Origin: a virus
Virus record (IMG/VR): IMGVR_UViG_3300044646_003076
DNA: 64,000 bases
Strand: one strand, 5' to 3'
Numbering within the stretch: position 1 is the stretch's first letter; every line of letters starts with the position of its first letter. The notes below the pieces were generated by a model. It did no database searches and was not told the origin of the DNA. It saw only the letters and a list, made by a program, of their open reading frames with translations. The position numbers were made by a program, and so were the translations under genes. Of this stretch, positions 19,145 through 28,430 are shown piece by piece.

Positions 19145-19330
19145 ATGAACCACTTTATCTGCATCACAAGTAGCGGCGGCTACATCGGTCGTTTCGCTTG
19201 GTGTAACACCGGGTCGCCCATGTCGTATGCCACTGACGGATGGGGATGTGTCGCATTCTTCCCTGTTACCATTCTTGGCACATGGGCTGGATCAATTTCG
19301 CTGGTTCGCAGGATGGTCACATGGCATTGA
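19145..19330 (+). CDS. Hypothetical protein
   Basis: Packed ORF, slightly higher GC. Confidence 0.4.
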   Translation: MNHFICITSSGGYIGRFAWCNTGSPMSYATDGWGCVAFFPVTILGTWAGSISLVRRMVTWH

Positions 19331-19374
19331 ACCCACTAGCTTATTAACATTCACATTTATTCGGAGATTTTATT

Positions 19375-19527
19375 ATGAAAACATTAGGCATTGCACTCGC
19401 TATCAATCTCTCATCTGTTGCTGCCGTAGTTTGCGCTTTGTTAGCTGCAATTCATGGTGTAACGGGTTGGGGGTGGTTTTTATTCATTGCAGTGTTGGTT
19501 TCTAAGGATTATCGGAGTGAGGACTAA
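19375..19527 (+). CDS. Small membrane protein (50 aa, not in ORF track)
   Basis: MKTLGIALAINLSSVAAVVCALLAAIHGVTGWGWFLFIAVLV. Confidence 0.6.
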   Translation: MKTLGIALAINLSSVAAVVCALLAAIHGVTGWGWFLFIAVLVSKDYRSED

Positions 19528-19578
19528 AACTATTGCTTGTCATAACATCCATCATTTACCCAATCCATTAAAATTCTC

Positions 19579-19827
19579 ATGAAAAACAAACTCCCGAATA
19601 TTGAAAATCTTTCACGCTTTGAATTAGTGCAATTAGATAGCGAAATCAAAAAAAACTTCTATCAGAAAAGAAGAAAGTTATTGAGTTTAGAGTTAGGATT
19701 GTGTCTAACACTGGTCGCTTCACTGATCACGATCTTAGTTTCGATAAAACTGCAGAATCACTTGTTGATACAATCACAGATTATTATGACCTTTACCCAG
19801 ATGTATCTGTGGAGATTTTTGATATAA
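19579..19827 (+). CDS. Hypothetical membrane protein
   Basis: Hydrophobic C-terminal half. Confidence 0.55.
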   Translation: MKNKLPNIENLSRFELVQLDSEIKKNFYQKRRKLLSLELGLCLTLVASLITILVSIKLQNHLLIQSQIIMTFTQMYLWRFLI

Positions 19828-19833
19828 AAGAAG

Positions 19834-19892
19834 TGGACGCACCATAAACTGTCACATCACCCAACCATCTTCAAGCCAGGAAACACTAAGAT
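19834..19892 (+). promoter_or_regulatory. Dyad element with weak -10
   Basis: TGGACG-N7-AACTGTCAC then CACTAAGAT. Confidence 0.45.
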
Positions 19893-20139
19893 GATAGAGT
19901 CCCAACGAGTTCTAATGAAACACTTAACATATCTAGGAAGAGGAGTCATTTCTAGTCTTAACTTCCACAAAGCACCATACGGTGCCCTTACACTATTCAT
20001 ATGGAATATTTTCTGGTTGATTATTATTGATAGTATAAGCGATTATGAAGTATATGGAACAAAATTTGTAATAAGTTTAATGCTATTGATTTATCTCTTT
20101 CTATGTTATCTTAACGGTAAAGCTGAGCTAAAAGAGTGA
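19891..20139 (+). CDS. Hypothetical membrane protein
   Basis: Two hydrophobic segments. Confidence 0.5.
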   Translation: MIESQRVLMKHLTYLGRGVISSLNFHKAPYGALTLFIWNIFWLIIIDSISDYEVYGTKFVISLMLLIYLFLCYLNGKAELKE

Positions 20140-20146
20140 TCTTCAT

Positions 20147-20230
20147 CGGAGCATGGCGGAATTGGTAGACGCAACGCACTTAAAATGCGTAGGTCGTAAG
20201 ACTGTGGGAGTTCAAGTCTCCCTGCTCCGA
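20147..20230 (+). tRNA. trnL: tRNA-Leu (UAA), CCA not encoded
   Basis: Acceptor CGGAGCA/TGCTCCG; anticodon stem ACGCA/TGCGT with loop CT-TAA-AA; long variable arm; T arm GGGAG-TTCAAGT-CTCCC. Confidence 0.95.
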
Positions 20231-20257
20231 TCTTCCTTCTAAATAATCCATCAAATA

Positions 20258-20515
20258 ATGATGGATATTATGGAAGAACTAAGAATACTCTGCAAATGCT
20301 GTAACACCGAAATCGTAAAAACTGGTACTTGTGGATGTCCCAATATGGCATCAATTCGTAACGATAGAATTTCTGCAGTTGACATGACTCAGATTGTTTT
20401 ATTAACACCAATCAAATCTAAGACTTACAACAGCATCTTCTCTCCAACAGATCTGGCCGATCAAGAATCCAGAAGAAAGAGAAAAGTTCGTAAGCTAGAA
20501 TTTGAAGTTCGCTAA
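20258..20515 (+). CDS. Conserved cyanophage hypothetical protein (Cys-rich)
   Basis: CKCCN...CGCPNM...ISAVDM...RKVRKLEFEVR; TAAATA at 20240. Confidence 0.7.
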   Translation: MMDIMEELRILCKCCNTEIVKTGTCGCPNMASIRNDRISAVDMTQIVLLTPIKSKTYNSIFSPTDLADQESRRKRKVRKLEFEVR

Positions 20516-20532
20516 TCTCTTCACTCAAACTT

Positions 20533-20685
20533 ATGGACGACCGAATTAAACAAAACTGGCAAAAAATTAAAGAGGCATTAGAAGCCTCAGGTAAAACAGA
20601 TTGCCTCTTTTATCGCAGAGCGGTTTCTATTGTTAACACTGGTCATGATCCGTTTGAATCCGTTTTAAATAAAAATGAACCCTGA
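20533..20685 (+). CDS. Small cyanophage hypothetical protein (not in ORF track)
   Basis: NWQKIKEALEASGKTDCLFYRRAVSI. Confidence 0.65.
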   Translation: MDDRIKQNWQKIKEALEASGKTDCLFYRRAVSIVNTGHDPFESVLNKNEP

Positions 20686-20822
20686 AGAAATTGAAAAACC
20701 GATTGATAACAAGATTCGCCAACATGAGATCAGAGTTGGATGGATTAGTGGTGTTATTGGCGCATTATTTACTTTTGGGGGTAATTCATGCTATCTGGTT
20801 GATTAAACAATGGATTCTTTGA
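20675..20822 (+). pseudogene. Small membrane protein with a probable +1 break at T4G5 (20773-20781)
   Basis: IRQHEIRVGWISGVIGALFT then hydrophobic LGVIHAIWLIK only in the +1 frame. Confidence 0.4.
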
Positions 20823-21229
20823 ATAATTCAGATATTATGGATATTTTTGATGATCCAAACACATCTCAAGAAACACTAAGAAAATTAGCGACTGATGAGA
20901 ATTGGGAGGTTCGTTTGCGATTAGCAGGACATCCAAACACACCACCAGAAACTTTAGAACATCTAGCCGTAGATAAGTGTTACACTGTTCGTATGAATGT
21001 GGCACATAATCTAAGGACATCAACAAAAACACTAAAATTATTGGCGGAGGATAAAGATTTTCGTGTTCGTTGGGCAGTAGCACTAAACCGAAACACACCA
21101 ATAAAAACACTAGAATTATTGGCGATGGATGAGGAGGCTGGTGTTCGTTATCGGGTAACAAATAACAAAATCTGCCCACATTATATCAAGAAGTTTCTTA
21201 AAATTCAAAAGCATCTGGCTAGATTATGA
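20810..21229 (+). CDS. LRV/HEAT-like repeat protein A (4 repeats plus C-cap)
   Basis: 26-aa xPNTxxxxLxxLAxDxxxxVRxxVAx repeats; ends YIKKFLKIQKHLARL. Confidence 0.9.
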   Translation: MDSLNNSDIMDIFDDPNTSQETLRKLATDENWEVRLRLAGHPNTPPETLEHLAVDKCYTVRMNVAHNLRTSTKTLKLLAEDKDFRVRWAVALNRNTPIKTLELLAMDEEAGVRYRVTNNKICPHYIKKFLKIQKHLARL

Positions 21230-21783
21230 GAAAAGTTAAACAAGCTAAAGATCCATACACTTCAACCGAAATTCTAGAACAACTAGCGACCGATGAGGAT
21301 TCTAGTGTTCGTTGGAATGTAGTACGTAATCCAAACACACCACCAGAAGCTCTAGAACAATTAGCGACTGACAAGAATCCTGGGGTTCGTTGGGAGGTAG
21401 CGAGAAATCCAAACACACCACCAGAAGCTCTAGAACAATTAGCGACTGACAAGAATCCTGGGGTTCGTTGGGCAGTAGCACTACATCCAAACACCCCACC
21501 AACAACATTAGAACTTCTAGCGACCGATGATGATGATTATGTTCGTCAGGGAGTAGCACTACATCCAAACACCCCACCAAAAGCACTAGAAATTCTAGCG
21601 ACCGATATGGATTATCGTGTTCGTTGGCGGGTAGCAAGATTACCAAATATACAACCAAAATTATTAGAAATCTTAGCTACCGATGAGAATCCATATGTTC
21701 GTATATGGCTAGCACAAAATCCAAACACACCACGCTACATCAAAAAGTATCTTAAAATTCAAGAACAACTTCAAAAATTATGA
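21226..21783 (+). CDS. LRV/HEAT-like repeat protein B (6 repeats plus C-cap)
   Basis: 78-nt in-frame repeats; ATGA overlap with A. Confidence 0.92.
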   Translation: MRKVKQAKDPYTSTEILEQLATDEDSSVRWNVVRNPNTPPEALEQLATDKNPGVRWEVARNPNTPPEALEQLATDKNPGVRWAVALHPNTPPTTLELLATDDDDYVRQGVALHPNTPPKALEILATDMDYRVRWRVARLPNIQPKLLEILATDENPYVRIWLAQNPNTPRYIKKYLKIQEQLQKL

Positions 21784-21911
21784 CGACTTCCTTTGATGAT
21801 AACGATCCACCACAGCTTAACTTTGATAAATTATACGAACGAATAAAACAACAAAGAATGGAAGAACTCTTTTCTGAGCCCTATGATGGTGATATGGAAG
21901 AAGAGGATTGA
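21780..21911 (+). CDS. Small acidic hypothetical protein (43 aa)
   Basis: Start supplied by the ATGA overlap at the end of repeat gene B. Confidence 0.5.
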   Translation: MTTSFDDNDPPQLNFDKLYERIKQQRMEELFSEPYDGDMEEED

Positions 21912-21919
21912 ATTTATTC

Positions 21920-21992
21920 GCTCGTCTAGCCATCCGGTGAAGGCAACGAACTCATAATTCGTAGGAGGTGGGTTCGATCCCCACGACGAGCA
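21920..21992 (+). tRNA. tRNA with CAU anticodon (elongator Met or lysidine-type Ile2)
   Basis: Acceptor GCTCGTC/GACGAGC; anticodon arm ACGAA-CTCATAA-TTCGT; T arm GTGGG-TTCGATC-CCCAC; G1:C72 pair excludes initiator type. Confidence 0.9.
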
Positions 21993-21996
21993 TTGT

Positions 21997-22054
21997 GTGA
22001 CAGTCAATAAACTGTACACAAATATCAACACTCTCAAGTGTTGTATGCTACTAT
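21997..22054 (+). promoter_or_regulatory. Dyad element plus extended -10 promoter
   Basis: GTGACAGT-N5-AACTGTACAC then TGCTACTAT. Confidence 0.6.
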
Positions 22055-22111
22055 AAAAACGGTCAAAAGACCAATTGTTCCTTTATCTATTTTTTCTCAT
22101 AATCGTTTAAA

Positions 22112-22339
22112 ATGACAAGAAAACCGTTTGATGGCAAGTTCAGTAAGGATATTCATATTCTTACTCGTGCAACTAAAGGAGAAGTCTATCTCGGCGACTA
22201 TCCCAAAATCATCAAAAAACTTAAACGTTATTTTACTGAGCAATATTCTGATATCCAATTCTATAATGAACCCGAATCCGATAATTTTTATTTATTGGAT
22301 CTGATTCGGAATGAACTAGAAATTGATGTAGTGGTGTGA
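22112..22339 (+). CDS. Conserved cyanophage hypothetical protein
   Basis: FSKDIHILTRATKGEVYL...LKRYF. Confidence 0.65.
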   Translation: MTRKPFDGKFSKDIHILTRATKGEVYLGDYPKIIKKLKRYFTEQYSDIQFYNEPESDNFYLLDLIRNELEIDVVV

Positions 22340-22342
22340 ATT

Positions 22343-22774
22343 ATGGATACCAATCTTTTTTGGAATCTGAGAGGTAATTATTCAGAACGTAAAGAAAAAC
22401 TTTCTAAGATGTCTCGTGAGTATTTGGAAGCCTCTGTCTTAGATTCATGTTATAATAACTTCATCACCAATATAGAGGAAAATAATACTACTGGCGTAAA
22501 GAGAATTCCTTATATTGGATGGTATTGGCGCCATGTAACATTTAGCGATTTTACCAATATCCGTATTGGAGATTGTGGTCAATTTGTTGGATTTATGGAG
22601 AGCAATAAGTGGGATCATCCAGAAAGATATCTTACCGAAGATGAGGGGTGTAGTATTATTGCATTTATTGATAATGCAATGAGAATTCAAGAGGGAGCTA
22701 GTTCCGAGACAACTCTTGATATCGTTCTTCAAAATCTATGGGATTATATGCAAACTTTGAAAATTGAAAGATGA
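22343..22774 (+). CDS. Hypothetical protein
   Basis: Packed ORF. Confidence 0.6.
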   Translation: MDTNLFWNLRGNYSERKEKLSKMSREYLEASVLDSCYNNFITNIEENNTTGVKRIPYIGWYWRHVTFSDFTNIRIGDCGQFVGFMESNKWDHPERYLTEDEGCSIIAFIDNAMRIQEGASSETTLDIVLQNLWDYMQTLKIER

Positions 22775-23135
22775 CTAATCTATTTGTAGGTGAATCCGAT
22801 TTCCGAGAATGGTTGGAAGCTAATAATTTTTGGATTTATTCCTCATATAAAGATGATCCATGGAATGAATGTAATTGGTATGCGTGTCGGCGGGTTGCCC
22901 CGGAAAGCCGAAGATGTGATTGTAATGATGAAAACCCGGATTACAATTGGTAATCAGGCCATATCATTCCACCTATTTTACTAATTCTAGAACTGCTACA
23001 TTTGAAATTATCGGGAAAACAAAAGGAATTTGGTATAATCTAACAGCTTATTCTATCAATATTGATGATGTTCCTGAAAAAATAGACGAAGTTTCAGAAT
23101 CACTTGCTCGCGCCTGGGAGGCTCTTGTTCTATGA
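22771..23135 (+). pseudogene. Single gene apparently split by a -1 break at AAAACCC (22931-22937)
   Basis: ...RRCDCNDE then KPGLQLVIRPYH in the -1 frame joins ORFs 22771 and 22947. Confidence 0.55.
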
Positions 23136-23275
23136 TACCAGAATTAATGATTCTTGGATTCCTATTGATTATTGCTTCTTTTTCTGGTAACGGAAGTAGT
23201 TCAATATCTTTTGAAAATAAAAATAAGCCAAAAGGGCCACCACTAAAATTTAAAAAAATCACAAAGGAAAAATAA

Positions 23276-23563
23276 ATGAGTAACACATTACATGTCTATG
23301 CACAGTCAGCACCACATGACAGTGTTTTTATCTGTGGAACTAAAGAATCACTAGAAAAACTAAGAGAAACATTAGATAATATTCTTACTGAAGATCTTAA
23401 GTTTGGTGCTTATGATGAGTTTACTAATGATGGCGAGGGATATAACGTACATATTGATTTGTTATCTGAAGAGAAAATGGAGCAGATGGCCGTTCCCTAT
23501 AGTGATGAGATTTTCTGGAATAATGAATCCAATAAAACAAAAGTGTATCCTTGGTATCTTTGA
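23276..23563 (+). CDS. Hypothetical protein
   Basis: HDSVFICGTKESLEKLR...FTNDGEGY pattern; Shine-Dalgarno AAGGA upstream. Confidence 0.65.
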   Translation: MSNTLHVYAQSAPHDSVFICGTKESLEKLRETLDNILTEDLKFGAYDEFTNDGEGYNVHIDLLSEEKMEQMAVPYSDEIFWNNESNKTKVYPWYL

Positions 23564-23597
23564 ATAATAATCACCAACAAATAATGAATTTTGTATT

Positions 23598-23855
23598 ATG
23601 GATTACGGATTAACGCCATATTGTTTATCAAGAAATCCAAACACACCACCAAAAGCCCTAGAACAACTAGCGACCGATGAGTGGGGTCCTATTCGTTGTT
23701 GGGTAGCACTAAACCCAAACACTCCACCAACAACATTAAAACAACTAGCAACCGATGAGGAATGGTATGTTCGTTGGGGTGTAGCACGAAATCCAAATAC
23801 TCCACGCTATCTCAAGAAGTATCTTAAAATTCAAGAACATTTGGTGAGATTATGA
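23598..23855 (+). CDS. LRV/HEAT-like repeat protein C (2 repeats plus C-cap)
   Basis: 26-aa repeats; ends YLKKYLKIQEHLVRL. Confidence 0.88.
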   Translation: MDYGLTPYCLSRNPNTPPKALEQLATDEWGPIRCWVALNPNTPPTTLKQLATDEEWYVRWGVARNPNTPRYLKKYLKIQEHLVRL

Positions 23856-24409
23856 ACAAATTTGAACAAGCTAGAGATCCAAATACACCACAAGAAGAGT
23901 TAGAGCGTCTAGCTACTGATGATGAGTATCTGGTTCGTTGTGGTGTAGCACGAAATCCATCCACACCAACAAAAGCCCTAGAACAACTAGCGACTGATAA
24001 GTGTGGTAATGCTCGTGAAGGAGTAGCAGATAATCCAAACACTCCACCAGAAATCCTAGAACAATTAGCGACCGATGAGGATTATTGGGTTCGTTGGAGA
24101 GTAGCACATAATCCAAACACACCACCAAAAGCCCTAGAACAACTAGCGACCGATGAGGATTCTAGTGTTCGTTATTGGGTAGCAGAAAATCCAAACACAC
24201 CACCAAAAGCTCTAGAACAACTAGAGACCGATGAGAATTCTGATGTTCGTTGGAGTGTAGCAGATAATCCAAACACACCACCAAAAGCTCTAGAACAACT
24301 AGCGACCGATGAGAATTCTGATGTTCGTTGGAGTGTAGCAGATAATCCAAACACTCCACGCTATCTCAAAAAGTATCTTAAAATTCAAGAACATCTAGCT
24401 AAATTATGA
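23852..24409 (+). CDS. LRV/HEAT-like repeat protein D (6 repeats plus C-cap)
   Basis: MNKFEQARDPNTP N-cap; 78-nt repeats; ATGA overlap. Confidence 0.92.
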   Translation: MNKFEQARDPNTPQEELERLATDDEYLVRCGVARNPSTPTKALEQLATDKCGNAREGVADNPNTPPEILEQLATDEDYWVRWRVAHNPNTPPKALEQLATDEDSSVRYWVAENPNTPPKALEQLETDENSDVRWSVADNPNTPPKALEQLATDENSDVRWSVADNPNTPRYLKKYLKIQEHLAKL

Positions 24410-24726
24410 ACGCTATGGAAAAAGAAGAACAACTTCAAAGATTAGAATCTTATTTTGATCGTATTAAAAACACTCTTGAATTATGTGGCCCAAGTCAGGA
24501 GTTTATTGAAGAAGTAAGAGAACTTTTAGGATTTTCTCATGTAATAAGTGGAGTTGCTTGCTCAGAATGTGATGGATCCGGATATAAAGTCTATGGTTCT
24601 ACTGCAGGATGGGCCGGAGGCATTGGTGGACAGACAATAACGACGAGTGTATGTGATTGTTGCTGGGGAAGTGGAAGAAGTGATAAAAAATTCGGAGATT
24701 TAAGAAAACTTAGATCCATGTCTTAA
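24406..24726 (+). CDS. Hypothetical protein with DnaJ-type CxxCxGxG motifs
   Basis: CSECDGSG...CDCCWGSG. Confidence 0.65.
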   Translation: MNAMEKEEQLQRLESYFDRIKNTLELCGPSQEFIEEVRELLGFSHVISGVACSECDGSGYKVYGSTAGWAGGIGGQTITTSVCDCCWGSGRSDKKFGDLRKLRSMS

Positions 24727-24737
24727 ATAGTTAAAAC

Positions 24738-24977
24738 GTGTATAATGGAAGAATGGACCGTTCAACTTTTTTACGCTACATAGGTAACATTTTTCTTATC
24801 GTTGGTTATTTCATTCTTCTTCATGTTGATATGACGGCTGGCCTTTTGATAAAATGCATCGGTGGTTTCTTGACTGTTCCGTTTGCTGTTAAATACAAAC
24901 TGTGGGATGTTGTCTTTATATGGGGCTTCTTCAGCTTTATTGAAATCGCCAAAATTATTGAATTGCTTACTAAATGA
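24738..24977 (+). CDS. Small membrane protein
   Basis: Multiple hydrophobic segments; TAAATA at 24724. Confidence 0.65.
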   Translation: MYNGRMDRSTFLRYIGNIFLIVGYFILLHVDMTAGLLIKCIGGFLTVPFAVKYKLWDVVFIWGFFSFIEIAKIIELLTK

Positions 24978-24980
24978 ACT

Positions 24981-25778
24981 ATGTTAGCTAATAACTCAAT
25001 AGGAAATCTCGGGAGACTCGGCAATCAAATGTTTCAATATGCTGCTCTTAGAGGAATAGCGGTGGAACATAATTATGAGTATTGTCTTCCACCATTGAAT
25101 TTCATTGCAACTCAAGATCCTAATTGTGCAACTAGCGATTGCACTATTTTTGATTGTTTTATGTTACCCGAAGCACCAAGACGACTGCTTTCTGGACCGA
25201 TTCTAGAAGAATCTTCTTTTGAGTTTGACAATAATCTATGGAATTCGTGTCCTGATAACGTTTCTCTTTATGGTTATTTTCAAAGCGAAAAATACTTTAA
25301 CCATATAAAAGAGAACATAAGAAACTCTTTTCGGTTCAAAGAAACTTCTGAAATATCTTATGCTTCTAGTTTCTTTAATGAGGAATTCAATAATACCTCA
25401 GTGATCTCCTTACACATTAGAAGAGGAGATTATCTTAAATACACTCATCATCCAACTCTTCCGATGAGTTATTATGAAGACGCTCTTAGTCAGTTGCCTG
25501 ATGTTCCAGTTTTTGTTTTTTCGGATGATGTGAATTGGTGTAAACAAGAAGTGTCATTTCGTTCGGATAGATTTTATATTTCAGAATCTAACAGTACGGC
25601 AGTTGATCTTTATCTTCAATCCAGATGTAGTCATCATATTATTGCAAACAGTTCCTTTAGTTGGTGGGGAGCGTGGTTAGCTAAAAGTCAAAAAGTTATT
25701 GCACCGAAGCAATGGTTCGGACCACCACTAACACATAATACAAAAGATCTTTACTGTGAGGATTGGATTCAATGCTAA
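24981..25778 (+). CDS. Alpha-1,2-fucosyltransferase-like (GT11)
   Basis: GRLGNQMFQYA, GYFQSEKYF, LHIRRGDY, IIANSSFSWWGAWL. Confidence 0.92.
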   Translation: MLANNSIGNLGRLGNQMFQYAALRGIAVEHNYEYCLPPLNFIATQDPNCATSDCTIFDCFMLPEAPRRLLSGPILEESSFEFDNNLWNSCPDNVSLYGYFQSEKYFNHIKENIRNSFRFKETSEISYASSFFNEEFNNTSVISLHIRRGDYLKYTHHPTLPMSYYEDALSQLPDVPVFVFSDDVNWCKQEVSFRSDRFYISESNSTAVDLYLQSRCSHHIIANSSFSWWGAWLAKSQKVIAPKQWFGPPLTHNTKDLYCEDWIQC

Positions 25779-26389
25779 TTTCATTATCTGAAATGATAAC
25801 AAAATATAATATGAATATTCGGGGTGTTATTCATATTGGCGCTCATTATGGCGAAGAGGTTCCCGAATACATTAAAAATGGAATTTCTGAACTTCATCTG
25901 TTTGAACCTCTGTCGGAAAACTATAAAATTTTAAGGAATAATCTCCAAGACCTAAAGATTAATTGGGCAACTTATCACTGTGCATTGGGAAATAAAAACG
26001 AAAGAGTTACAATGTTTGTTAGTGATAACCAACAACAAAGTAGCTCAATTCTTTCACCGAAAGATCATCTAACACATCATCCAAATGTGAGATTTCCTAC
26101 AACGGAAGAAGTTTTAGTCACTACTTTGGACTCTCAAGAAATTGAAAATTGTAACTTCATTAATATGGATGTGCAGGGTTATGAGTTGGAAGTTCTTAAA
26201 GGTGCATCTAAAACTTTAGAACATGTTGAATATGTTTATTGTGAAGTCAATAGAGCCGAAGTTTATGAAAATAATGCTTTCGTAGAAGAGATTGATGAGT
26301 TCCTTTCTCAATACAATATGATCAGAGTGGAAACAGATTGGGCAGGAGAAATCTGGGGTGATGCACTTTATGTGAGAACCGAGAGATGA
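25763..26389 (+). CDS. FkbM-family SAM methyltransferase
   Basis: VIHIGAHYGEE, FEP, NMDVQGYELEVLKG. Confidence 0.9.
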   Translation: MDSMLISLSEMITKYNMNIRGVIHIGAHYGEEVPEYIKNGISELHLFEPLSENYKILRNNLQDLKINWATYHCALGNKNERVTMFVSDNQQQSSSILSPKDHLTHHPNVRFPTTEEVLVTTLDSQEIENCNFINMDVQGYELEVLKGASKTLEHVEYVYCEVNRAEVYENNAFVEEIDEFLSQYNMIRVETDWAGEIWGDALYVRTER

Positions 26390-27024
26390 AAACTTTAAAT
26401 GATTATTTTGATGAGATTTATTGTATTAATCTTGATAGACGAGTAGATCGTTGGAAACAAGTAGAACAAGAGTTTATTAAACATTCAATAACAGTTAATC
26501 GTTATTCTGCTATTGATGGTCAAGAACTCAATATGGGATTATTTTCATATTCAACAAACTTTGAGACTCCCGGACAATTAGCGTGTTTTATCTCACACTA
26601 CAATATCATAAAAACTGCAAGATATAAAAATCTTTCTTCTGTTCTTATTCTTGAAGATGATGTCGTATTTTCTGAAAATTTTGATTCTCAATTAGAGCAG
26701 AAGATGCCAGATGTTCCCGAAAATTGGGATATGCTTTTCTTTGGTGCCAATCATATTAGTGGTCCGATCCGAATCACAGATAATGTTTATAAGATGACAA
26801 GAGCTTATTCTGCACACTGTTATGCGATTAAGAATACGATGTTTGATATTCTTCTAGAACATCTTTGTCAATTCCGAGAACCTCTAGATGTCGTTTATGC
26901 TAATTTACAATCATCTATCAATTCTTATGTTCTTAATCCTCATTTAGTATGGCAGAATCCTGGATATTCTGATATCTGCGAACAGTCAGTAGATTATACA
27001 CACGTTCATAAAATTTCATTTTGA
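26386..27024 (+). CDS. Glycosyltransferase family 25
   Basis: CINLDRRVDRW, ACFISHY, LILEDD. Confidence 0.88.
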   Translation: MKTLNDYFDEIYCINLDRRVDRWKQVEQEFIKHSITVNRYSAIDGQELNMGLFSYSTNFETPGQLACFISHYNIIKTARYKNLSSVLILEDDVVFSENFDSQLEQKMPDVPENWDMLFFGANHISGPIRITDNVYKMTRAYSAHCYAIKNTMFDILLEHLCQFREPLDVVYANLQSSINSYVLNPHLVWQNPGYSDICEQSVDYTHVHKISF

Positions 27025-27671
27025 CTATGTACGATAACGTAACACTCGTTTTAACAAGTTGTGGAAGATTAGATCTTCTAGAACAAACTATCAATTCAAT
27101 TAGTAAAGGTGTATTGTATAATATTCCAACAAAAATTATTGTAGACGATTCTACAGACCCCGAAGTTTATAAAAATATCAAAAAAGCTTCTTATTTAAGA
27201 GGATGGAAGAAAATTCTCAATAAAGAAAAATTGGGACAAGCTGCTTCTATTGACAGTGCTTATGCTTATGTCAAGACCGATTATGTCTTCCATTGCGAAG
27301 ATGATTGGCATTTTGATGACTTTGATTTTGTTGGTCCATCATTGAGTATTCTGGAGAAATATGATAATCTGGTTCAAGTGACCTTCAGAAAAGATTCACC
27401 TCATCCTACACATGAAGAGATCTACGAAAAAGAGGAAAATCCTTTTAAGGTTCTGATTCCAGGATATAATGGGTGGCCAGGATTTACTTATAATCCAAAT
27501 ATCTTTCGTTTTTCTGCATATAAAAAATTGGGTTCTTGTGCTGGAATGTCTGAAAAAGATGTTGGAATCTTTTATAAAGATAATCAACTTTATACTGCTG
27601 CACTTGAGACTCGTGTTGTCTCTCATCTTGGTGATGGCAGACACGTTTATGATACAATTAGCGGAGTTTGA
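27021..27671 (+). CDS. Glycosyltransferase (GT-A fold)
   Basis: TSCGRLDLL, IIVDDS, FHCEDDW, HLGDGRH. Confidence 0.8.
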   Translation: MTMYDNVTLVLTSCGRLDLLEQTINSISKGVLYNIPTKIIVDDSTDPEVYKNIKKASYLRGWKKILNKEKLGQAASIDSAYAYVKTDYVFHCEDDWHFDDFDFVGPSLSILEKYDNLVQVTFRKDSPHPTHEEIYEKEENPFKVLIPGYNGWPGFTYNPNIFRFSAYKKLGSCAGMSEKDVGIFYKDNQLYTAALETRVVSHLGDGRHVYDTISGV

Positions 27672-27674
27672 ATT

Positions 27675-28430
27675 ATGAAAAAGGTTGCAGCCTTGATGAT
27701 GGTAAAAGATGAGATTGATATTATTGAACAAAATATTCACTATCTTTTAACTCAAAATCTTGATTTTGTGTGTGTCTATGATAACGGTTCAACCGATGGA
27801 ACACGACAGAAGTTAGACGACTTAGCTTATTTTTATGAAGAGGAATTATTGGTATTTGATGATCCAGAAACAGGATATTATCAATCAACGAAGATGAATA
27901 ATTGGGCAAACGAACTCTTTCAAGATGATGTAGATGTTGTTATTCCTATTGATGCTGATGAGATTTGGTACTCAAAGAATCCAAATTATACTCTAGGTGA
28001 AATCATAAGAAATACTGATGCAGATATTTTTGTTGCAGATTCGGTGGATTATATTCCAACTGTTTTTGATGACTTTAATGAGAGAAATTTTATTCAAAGA
28101 ATGAAACAACGAAAAGTCAATTCAAATTCTTTTTCAGCCGTTGCATTTAATTATAGTCCGGGATTTTATCTTGAAATGGGTAACCATGATGTGCATAATC
28201 ATTCGGGAAAAAGAGTTCACGATAAAATTGGTATTCGGCATTATCAATATCGTACTTTTGACCAATTTGCAAAAAAAGTTCGCAATGGAAAGAAAGCATA
28301 TGATGCAACAACTCTTCCTGATTTTATGGGAAGCCACTGGAGAAAACTGGGTGCGATGGATGATTCTGAACTCAGAAAATACTGGGTGGATTATTGTTCG
28401 GTAGAAACTGTTGAGGATCCAGTTGTATGA
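27675..28430 (+). CDS. Glycosyltransferase family 2-like
   Basis: MVKDEIDII, YDNGSTDGT, IDADE. Confidence 0.85.
   Translation: MKKVAALMMVKDEIDIIEQNIHYLLTQNLDFVCVYDNGSTDGTRQKLDDLAYFYEEELLVFDDPETGYYQSTKMNNWANELFQDDVDVVIPIDADEIWYSKNPNYTLGEIIRNTDADIFVADSVDYIPTVFDDFNERNFIQRMKQRKVNSNSFSAVAFNYSPGFYLEMGNHDVHNHSGKRVHDKIGIRHYQYRTFDQFAKKVRNGKKAYDATTLPDFMGSHWRKLGAMDDSELRKYWVDYCSVETVEDPVV

Noticed and set aside
21226-24409. CRISPR-like periodicity (conserved ~48 nt plus variable ~30 nt)
   Set aside because: Units are in-frame 78-nt codon repeats; the 'spacers' contain fixed GTTCGT and GTAGCA cores; no cas genes or leader
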